Shown here piece by piece: positions 50,101 to 59,548 of a DNA stretch of 59,548 bases. How positions within the stretch are numbered: position 1 is the first letter of the stretch; each line of letters starts with the position of its first letter. A program made the position numbers and the translations under genes. Under the pieces are notes generated by a model. That model was not told the origin of the DNA. It did not search any database and was given only the letters and a program-made list of their open reading frames with translations. The stretch is taken from NCBI GenBank assembly GCA_964187785.1, contig CAXLNC010001679.1, forward strand, positions 124,001 through 183,548. Direction: 5' to 3'. The stretch comes from Amphiscolops sp. MND2022. Taxonomy: Eukaryota.

Positions 50101-52099
50101 CTTACAATCTTAGCTTACCCCCTTTGTGAAGCGTTCTACCACATTTCAAAAAACTCTTCGTTTTTTCACTTTTCAACATACACTCCTTTTTTCATCTACT
50201 CTCCCAAAACTTTTCAATTTTACTCCTCAGAATTTTTGGTTCTAAAAGGTTTCTGTCTTCAACTTTACTCCTCTCAGTTCGCATACAAAAACTCAAATTG
50301 TAAGCTACAAAATACTGACCTCTAATATTGACTTCCACTCAAATGGAGTTTTTTAAATCTTCGTCACACAATGAAAAAACTTTTTTCAACCTTATTAAAC
50401 AGCCACTTGTGTTTAAAATGGAATTGTTGATCAATTCCTGATTTGTTTTCAAACTTTTTTTTTAAACTTTGATGATGCCGCCTTCTTGCCGTTGAAGCTC
50501 ACATATCAAACCTTTTTTTTGTTGTACAAAAAATTGCATAAGAACAATGAGAACTAAATAAAACAAGTTGAAACGAGAACTAAAAATCTTCGTCTCATGA
50601 AGCTTCATGTTTGTCAACAAGGCCACCAACATTTTTTTTGCTCTTTTCACACCACTATCTTTTTAAATACGCCACTCTTTCACCTGTCAATCACTGTCAT
50701 CTCCGTCATCAGTTTTTCAAACCCCCACGGAACATACGAATCTAAAATTGTATAACACTTCAAAAGTTCAAATCAAAAATTCTAAAATTACAGCATGTAA
50801 AACTAACATTGAAAGTATTCAGATCCTTGGATTGCTTTCAACCTCACTGCAATTTTATTCTTTAAATTAGAACCCAACCCCGGCCTTTTATCCTGCCTCA
50901 GGCTAAGAATTGCATAATGACCTGAACCTGAGGAAAGAATAGTTACAACCTGATGAAACTCGATATACAATTGATGATTCAAATAACAAAAATAAAAACC
51001 CACGTTTACACAATTTCTCCTAAACTTTATAGCCAATTCCTTCATCATAGTAAAATCTATTCAATCATATTAAACTAAACTCAGTCATTCACACATGCTT
51101 TTCATCGACCATTTTTCATCATAACTGTAAAAGAAATATTTTTTAAATCCCGGTCGGATGATATACATAAATTCGTATACTCACCCGTCATCCAATCACC
51201 TATTATATGAATGTCAAAACTTCTATTTTGTTTTAATTCCAAAACACCTGATTTATATTCTATACCATACTTCATACTGTAATGCACTTATTGATTTATA
51301 ATCATTCACAACTAGAATGAAGTCTTGACCATCAAGTTGTAACCGTTTCAAAGACCTAATAACTGCAGCTCTGTTAGAGACTTTATACTGTATTAGGCGT
51401 CTCTAATCTGCCAAGCACACACTTTATATTCATAACGTCGCTCGAAGTAAAAAACAAACTAACTAAAGCAAAAAAGATGCAATGAACAAAAAACATGCAC
51501 AACATTTCTAACTTTTGAAAACTATTCCTAAAAGTAAAACAAATTCAAACCTTACATCCTTTTAAAATTGTCTCCAACTCGAAGACAATTAAATTGTCCA
51601 ACTCCTAATAAATTGTATCGGGGTAGAATTTGCATTTTGTCCGAACCTAACGTAAGTAAAGAAAAATATCAAGATATCTTTACAATTGAAAATATTAAAA
51701 AAAACACTACTTATAGTCGAAACTCTACTTGTAGAAAACATTATAAACCTTCCTATGCTTCTCGTGATTTCACCTCACCTCTCAGTTTGAATAAAACAGA
51801 ACCAGAACATTTTGTCAATGAATTTTTTTGGAGCCACCTGCAACCTGCAAAGAAACAGGAATTGAAAAAGTTGCACAAAAAGTCATTTTTAAAATTGCCT
51901 TTTCCAAGTTACTTTCTTTTGATAGTGAAATATTTAAAACGCCATACTCTGAAACTCAAACTTCTCTTGACTTTTAATTCTACCATTTTCTAGTTTGTTC
52001 ACATATTCCTAAAACTATTCTCCATTCAAGTTGCTTTATTCATTTAGTGGCCAAATCAAAAGCATCCAAAAATTCATCCAAAAGATCGAATTATTCAAC

Positions 52100-55000
52100 G
52101 TGTGTATTATTTTTTTCTCAATAATTCAAAACAGTCTTCGTCATATTCAAAGATAAAAAGTTTTTCGGGAAGATTCAAAAAAAGTTAGAAGCACTATTCG
52201 TCACAATTCAAAGAAATGAAGGTTCTCGCAAAAACAAGTCTAGTTCAAAGTCTACAGAAACGTATTGTAAAAGTATTTCAAGTGAACAAAAAAAACGAAA
52301 AAGATAGAGAGAAAACCAAAGAGTTCAGAAGCCAGATTGACAAATGGTGAAATGCAAAACAAAGCCGTGCTTCTCACTTGTCCGTTGTCACTAAATTCTG
52401 GACAGAAGCAGAATCACTGTCTCTGTCGACGCATTTGTGACCAATACCAATTGGAACAACTACGCCAAAATCTCTCCAGAAAATAAACCTTCATAAACAA
52501 CCTTGGCAATTTAACAAAAAAACTAGTTCCACAACTTGATAGGGTGATGCAGCGAAACTTCCGGCATCAGTAACAATCACTGGCGACAAATACACAGTAG
52601 TCTTGAAGATGTTGCGAGATCGCTAACAAAACAACCGTATTTCTCATGTACTTGCCATTACTACACAGAAACTGCTTACCAACGAAACAACTCAATATCA
52701 TTGTCAACTCGTAGAAGCCGTAGAAGAACATCGTTTGGTCCTGGAGAAGATTGGCTAACCAGTCAATCGGGGAGCGGCCTATAGGAGGAAAGTTTGGCAG
52801 CCCCCAACGCCGCGAACGTATCCTCAAACCTACAAGGACTTGAAAAAAATCCTGGAAGCTCAAGGCTTGTCACTAATCTAAGCAATTCGTCAAACCAAAA
52901 AGCATTAATCGCACCATGCATGACGGAACTACATTACCAACACGACAAGAAAAGAAATAAACTGCCGATTTTGTCAAAACAAAAAAGGGTTGCTTCATTT
53001 ACATGCGATCAGGTCATCGACAACAAGGATGCAGCGAAACGACCTCTAAAAAGAAAGTGCAACATAAAGCAACATACTCTACTTCATCTGGAATCACCAC
53101 GTCAAAGACTTCTTGTCAACAATACAGTCGCAGATAACATTCGACACAATGAATCAGAAAACACAACTAATTCATCATCACCACTAGCAAAAGAAATCAC
53201 CAGTATCTTGCTCTCTCATCAAACAACCAGACGAGGCTTCCTGCAAACAGCCATGATATCAATTTTTGTAAATGGTCAAGGGACACTTGGCGAGCACTTC
53301 TCTCTCGACTCATGCCCCCAAACTAATTTCATCCCCAAGAATCTAGTCACACGACTAGGTTTCTATTAAAGAAACATCAGGTTGGGCGCCAAGGATAAGG
53401 TACAGCATCGAGCAACCACAGACTTATTCATTACAAACCAAAGCAGCAGCAGCAAGTCCGGTAAGAGCTTTGGTAACGTCAAAGGCCACCAACAGCATGC
53501 TTTTATGCAATATTCCGATATCTTCTGCTATGCATCTTCCAAATGACAAGCTCGCCGGTCCGACAATTAACACACCTTCTGGAATCTACATAGGCATTCG
53601 AATTGAATTTTATAAAACAATCATGTCGGATGCACAGATCAAGGAAAACAACACCGTAACAAACTATGATTTTTTGTTTGGGTCGGTTGTAATTGAAGGT
53701 TAGCTTCCCTGTCAGTTCGAACACTCACAGCCCGTCTCGACTCATTGAGTTCGTATCCCAAAGATCAGCAAGTTTTGGGATATTGAAGTTCTCCCCAAAA
53801 ACCATTTTTCACCAAGCAAGAACAAGCCTGGGAACAACACTTCCAACAAACCACATCGTGGAATATAGATGCACTAATGATAGTCAAACTACAATTCTGA
53901 GAAAACATCATACTATATGGTGACTTTTATCGGCAATCAAAATATCTCCTCAAAACTCTTCTAAACTGGCGGTCCAGAGACGAGACGAGAGACTGTATAT
54001 TAGATATTATATTAGATACGCTACCTTCATTAAGAAAACTTCGGATCCGCGGCACAGAGAGAAAGACCGTCAGTCTGAAATCCCAATCGCATCCAGCCAA
54101 TGATTTTACCCGCAACAGCACTGTGTCTTAAAGGAAGCCAGCTTCCTGTGGTTTTTGACGCTTCTGTGAAATCAACCTCCGGAGTTGCACTAAACGAAAA
54201 CATCAGCCTTTGTTCGAAAAGACAAAAGGATTTCTTCAAGATCTTGATTTGGTTCAGATTACGTAAATTTGCTTTGTTGTCCTACATTGCCAAATGTACT
54301 TCTCCACTATGAAGACAGAAGTTTCCTGTGGTTCTTGACGCTTCTGTGAAATCAACCTCCGGAGTTCCACTTAACGACAACATCAACCTTTGTCCGAAAA
54401 GACAAAATGATATCTTCAAGATCTTGATATGGTTCAGATTACGCAAATTTGCTTTGTCGTCATACATTGCCAAATGTACTTCTCGACAATGAAGACAGAA
54501 GTTTTCACAGACTATTTTGGAAACGAAATTCATCACCATTAGAAAACCATTTGACCCGAAATACTTAAAGTGTGACATCGGTTGGATTTATGCCATACTA
54601 CCCTCGTTGCATGCGCTGAAATAACTGACTTACTCCAACTCCACTGCCTTTGTGACAACTCAGTATTCGCTTACGCCACAGCTGTCTACATTCGAACAAC
54701 CCATGACTCAGTGATGCTTTGAAAATCACTTCCTCGTTGCTAGAACACGAGTGGCATATACAAAAACACTTTGTGTTCCTCTTAGAGCTCTCTGTAGCGC
54801 CTTTGGGAGCGGGTCTTGTTCAGAATCATTCCGAATAACCTTGGATGACGAATGATTTCCCGACCCCCAAGTTTTTGCTTGAACAGCTTCGGCAAGCACA
54901 TGCTTTGCTGACAATTCATCCTAGTACTTCCAAAACTTCTGTTGTCAATCAGTTCCCGCAGAAAACTGGAAACACATCCCCACTGAATCCATTCCAGCCA

Positions 55001-55330
55001 ACTGCGCAAGCAAAGGAATATCGCCTCGAAAATTCCAAGGTCATCACCTGTGATGGCAAAGATTTGTGTGACTGCTCATGCCATCATCCCCGTGGCCTTA
55101 CATCGATATTGTTTGGTCAGAAGAAACTAGAAGCCAAAACTTTAGACAACTATGCTCAGCTCGACCATAGAACATTCATGAAGACGAAACTCGCAAACAG
55201 CAAAACGCTTTGTTTTTAAACAAGCAACCGTGAACCACAACGGTTGGCTCGTTAGGTTTTTCCACACGTGAAGTTTCAGAAAACATCACCGCACAGGATA
55301 GAAGTCCTCTAAAGAAATCGAAAGTTTTCC
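52100..55330 (+). mobile_element. Second, heavily degraded BEL/Pao element (gag, PR, RT and RNase H fragments)
   Basis: ITGDKYTVVLKMLRDR*QNNR (gag); CFI..RSGH..C and HTLLH (knuckles); LDSCPQTNFI (protease); VVFDASVKSTSGVALN..DFFKILIWFR..IAKMY (RT); LHCLCDNSVFAYATAVYIR and ARTRVA..P (RNase H). No LTRs were recognised. Confidence 0.85.
54141..54500 (+). repeat. Tandem duplication, 2 x 180 bp, in the BEL RT N-terminus
   Basis: 54141-54320 and 54321-54500 align with a period of exactly 180 bp. Confidence 0.93.
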
Positions 55331-55959
55331 TGCAAGAGCACGATTAAGGCCCTAGCTCCCGGTTTTGACGAAGAGAAGCAATTCTTCGAGTTGGTGGATG
55401 TCTCCCCAACATCAACAGACACCACGTGGATTTCATATTCCCACCCATTTTTACCCCAACGGTTCTGCCCTGAGAGGGCTTCTGATTAAGTCTCCCAGAC
55501 CTGACTTGCATGCTAACGAGGATTTTCATCCTGAGGACTCGCTAGATGCAACCGAGCATGTTATGACTACTTGTTACCAACACAATGTGACGACTTTGCG
55601 GGCTATTTATACGCTGGCTCAAACCAGTGACACGGTAGTGCCAAATCCTTCCCGGGGGATTGAAGCAAGCCATCTTGGCATTCCGCGACTGAACTACATG
55701 AACATGCCAATACTGTGCATGGCATCGAAGATCTCGTATGAGCTCAAAATAGTGATCTCCACGTCTTAGCTTGAAAAAACTGGTGCTACACGGAAACATT
55801 GATCAGGAAATTTTTCCTGAAGATGCGCGTGCGTTCGCACGTACCTATTTCAAGCAGAAAAAAACTCCTGTTCAAGGTGGCACTCTTTGTGCGAAGTACC
55901 CTCTACCCAACGTCCCTTTCATGAGATTTTTTAGTCTTCTCCCACAATTATAACAGCAC

Positions 55960-56420
55960 GAAATCCTGTTCAGTGTGCAAGATGATATGTGACACCAACG
56001 CATCATCAAAGTGGTAGCGCGTCCACTTGCAACACATTCAGAGCGGGTACTTCAACGAGTTTGTCCAAGACAATCACATAGAAAATTCCCCCTTCGTATG
56101 GTGATAACGCGGTCAACCTGCTGAGCATCAATCGTTTTTCCAAATTTGCAGAGGCTGTGTTCTGCAGCCATGATGGGTTTGACGCAATAACTAAATTCAG
56201 GTTGCTGTTGCAAGAATGGTTCGTCAGATCCGGCACGCCTCACGCAAGCAGTCTGATAATGCAAGGCCTCACAAGTCACCGAAGTAATTCCCACTGTTGA
56301 TCACATGCGTACTCAAATGTTGGTTGAGCGTCAAAACAGCACGCTCCCAACCTAGCTGGTCTGGTTATTTGTTCGTTACTGGTCCTCGTGACACAGGCGA
56401 GATAATGGGTAATGATTATA
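55960..56420 (+). pseudogene. Ty3/Gypsy integrase core from a GC-richer family
   Basis: INRFSKFAEAV.C; LLLQEWFVRSGTP..QSDN; LVERQNSTL (D,D(35)E region), across frameshifts. Confidence 0.75.
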
Positions 56421-56859
56421 TCTACAAGCTTGTTACTGAACTGAACAACTGCTTTCAGCGACTTCGAATGTGTCCCTGCCATCGCGCAGACCAAATTGAA
56501 TAGGCACGAGACTGGGTACCAATTACCGCAGTTTTAACCAGAACGCACTATCTATCAACAATTTGGTCATTCCATTTCTTACACAGATGAAGTGTTGTCT
56601 GAAGCAATGTTGCCAATTCCGCCCAATCCACCACCACACGATGGATTCGATGTTCCAGATAAGGAGAAATTTGAGCCTTAGGCTCCAAACCCTGTCTCAA
56701 GAGGATCATTTATCAATTGTCTTCCACAACTATTCTTTGATCATAAGCGTTTGCGCTCTCCGTTGCCGCCGCGACACTCACTCTTGCTTTTTCCTCGCTT
56801 CCGCTCCTTTTTAGTAACCCTTTTCTCACCAATTTCCCTATGCATCAATCTAGTCACCA

Positions 56860-57100
56860 TGATCGCATCCTGGTTGCTCCTTCTTTCAAAATGGGGAAGG
56901 GAGAGGCCGGAAAAACACGGAGTGACGGCCGAGAGAAGAAGGCGCCCAGGAACAAGATTGAACCGGCTTCAAGGCCTGAGACTCTAATTCAGTCGCAAAG
57001 TTGGTATCAATTGCGACAAAAGCGCCAGCGCTGCTACAAATGTGGAATGAGTGGGCTACGACATTGTGCCTGTGTATTCCGCTTGTTGGATGAGTGGAAG
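56860..57100 (+). pseudogene. Possible gag fragment with a decayed zinc knuckle
   Basis: A basic, charged stretch followed by RCYKCGMSG in ORF 56840-57319. No other support. Confidence 0.3.
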
Positions 57101-59548
57101 GACACTTTCAAGGAACCGCTGCATGCAAAAGCAGCGATGAGGACCTTGGAAACATGGGTCACGCAAACGTCATCGCTTTTGCTTACCCCCAGACAACAGA
57201 CCGGGCAGGAAAGTCAGTATCCTCAACTCTTACGTCCCAATAGGGTCGAGTACGTCTCCTACAAAATAACGGGACTTCTTGCAGGCTGTTGGCGATATTT
57301 CTTTGGCCTGTCAAGCTGATTTGGAAACTAACTTGGAAGCTATGTGTTGCGAGACTGTGGAACTCCCATGTTAGCCACTAATCCCTCCTCAACTATTTAT
57401 TTGCTAGAAGTTGGAGCCAATCAACGTATGCCGCTGGAAGCAGATGATTTTCTGCGTTGATTAGAGAAGCTAGTTCAACAGCTGGGTGACCGGGGAGCAC
57501 CAGGCATTCATTCCCCCATCGTAGATTCTGAGCGGCCAGCATATACCCTGGTCAATTTGTATCACGCAATGATGGACCTGTTTGTGAGGGCTGACATCCA
57601 TGTGGTCCTACACAATCGCTTGTATGTGTCCATACTCGGTATCGAGGTGGGAGAACAACCCTATAAATAACTTTTTGCTTTAGCACCAATTCTTCAGTTG
57701 ATGTCATCTTAATTCTAACTTAACTGAGGCGCCTTATGCACCACCATGTTTTCTATGTAATTAGTTTGTACTTTTTGCTGTAGCTATCACATGTATTGAT
57801 GCCGAGCCCCATTCTGGAGTTCGCTCCGCTTACTTTAGGTGATAACCTTATACTGTCCCTGACTGTGAAAACGGTGTGTGGATGGGTACGACCTCAACCA
57901 TCAATTTCGGGACGACCGTTCCACCGCAGTGTCTGGGCCGAGCAATCACACGGTCTTTGAACAGGAGGCGTCACTGCACATGTTGCCTTGAATTGCGCCT
58001 GTTCAGGCCGTGGACCAGCAACCTCCACAGACGTCGATTCACCTTTCCCCACTAGCAGCAGATGATGCCAACACCCGCGGCGATGCCGAGTAGGCCAAGT
58101 CAGTATCCCAGTCATCATGTCGTTGCCGCTCCTCACTTGGGTTCACAAACATGGCAACAACATCCTCCTCCCAATGAGCATTGGGGCCCGCGCTGATCCC
58201 TGTGCAATCTAAGGTTGTGAACCGATGTCCGGGGCAGAATCAATTCCCAATGGACAAAGTTATCGGAATGCATGCATCCATTTCAAAGCCCGTGTCCTTG
58301 AGCACAGCGTTGACAGCCTCATCGTCCACGGCAACAACATCCAAGCGGACACACTTTCCTCCGTCCGAACGAAAATGTAGCGGGATCGCAAATAACCTGC
58401 AATTCTAAGCAGATTTGGGAAACTGCTGTTCTGTTGTCAGGACCAATATTTCACGAAAAACAACGTGTCCCTCCTTCTAATCTTGGGAAGGCGCTCGCTT
58501 TTTACGTAACCCACGACGTACCCAAAAAAGGTTGCCCTAAACAAAACAATGACTTGAGACCATTGAAGCACGACTCCAGTCTCCCGAAAGATACACGTTG
58601 CGAAACTTTAGAAAAACACTGCAAATACGGCCACAGCCTTGAATCATTGAAGCCAATTACAAAGAATCTGACCCTGCGGTCTAGGTATTGTGTGATAGAC
58701 GATTTCACAATTCGCTGTGACTTTCCTTTTAACAACATAATGCCTGAAGTGATGATGGTCACCATGCCTCTGCCCCGTCTACTTGAAATGGCGAAACTGA
58801 TTGTCGCCATCTTTGGTCCAGAGCTCGAGAGCTCCGTTAAAGAACCACCACTGAAAAGTGGTCTTTGCTAACTTACTGGATCACTTAGCATGTAGTGCCA
58901 CGGACAGTCCAAACTATCGAAAACAGCAAGGCTGTTAGAAATGAAACGGCCACAGTGCGACCGCCATGAAAAGAACGGCTCAGGTGTTGCGAGAGCGCCT
59001 GAAGAAGCCCATCCCCCTGTTATAATGTCTCCGCCTGGAAAGATGTAATCGAGTCGCCAGTTGCAACAATTTGCGTACATGTTGACTGAAATTCATCGAC
59101 TGCGGGTTGAGCAGGGCGACTTCAGCCCCACTGCACTTTTTTGTCACATAGTCGGTATCTCACGTGTGGTACAGGCAGCTTAACCGCGCGGCAATGCCAA
59201 ACTAATGCTGGATGATGCGGTCTACCACAATCTCGGAATGCGCCGAGGGCAGCGAATTGCGGCTGAAGCAACTATGAAGCGATGTCCCTAGAACTGTGGC
59301 TGCACCCATTAGTCCAGCAGAACCAGCCGAAGCTGCAGACCAAGCATTGATGTTTGAACGGTCAGGCGAGCTTGCTGCTGAACTAACGCAAAATCGAAAG
59401 CATTGATAACATGAATTTGTACGCCGACAATGAGACCTTGGCGTTTGCAAAATAAGTCCGAGTGGATAGAGCCGAAAGAAGTTTTAGCTCAAGCTACAGA
59501 TGTGTTCTATAGTCGTGTGAGCTCTATTGATTGCATTGTTTTCTAAGG

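Noticed and set aside
50100-52100. Host gene or DNA transposase in the short ORFs at 50462-51993
   Set aside because: The frames are short and AT-rich with no recognisable motif, TIRs or splice pattern. Left unannotated.

Overview
This is eukaryotic, probably animal, DNA made almost entirely of dead, nested and locally duplicated LTR retrotransposons. I see no intact host gene, rRNA, tRNA or CRISPR array. On the + strand are remnants of several diverged Ty3/Gypsy-type elements (PR-RT-RNaseH-IN order, GPY/F integrase tail). They share the layout [pre-gag ORF]-gag-pol-[leader]-env-[accessory ORF], and four env remnants have cysteine spacing resembling chuvirus-G/herpes-gB-like class III fusion glycoproteins. 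A minus-strand BEL/Pao element (10685-17674) has two LTRs, a PPT, a deleted integrase core, a 6x23-bp leader repeat and an unexpected SGNH-hydrolase-like ORF upstream of gag. A second degraded BEL/Pao (about 52.1-55.3 kb), another Gypsy integrase (about 56 kb) and a 450-bp TIR element are also present. Tandem duplications of 36 bp, 180 bp, about 250 bp, 654 bp, 1252 bp and 6.8 kb occur, several with microhomology at the junction. All assignments come from manual translation and remembered motifs; no searches were run, and boundaries of degraded genes are approximate.
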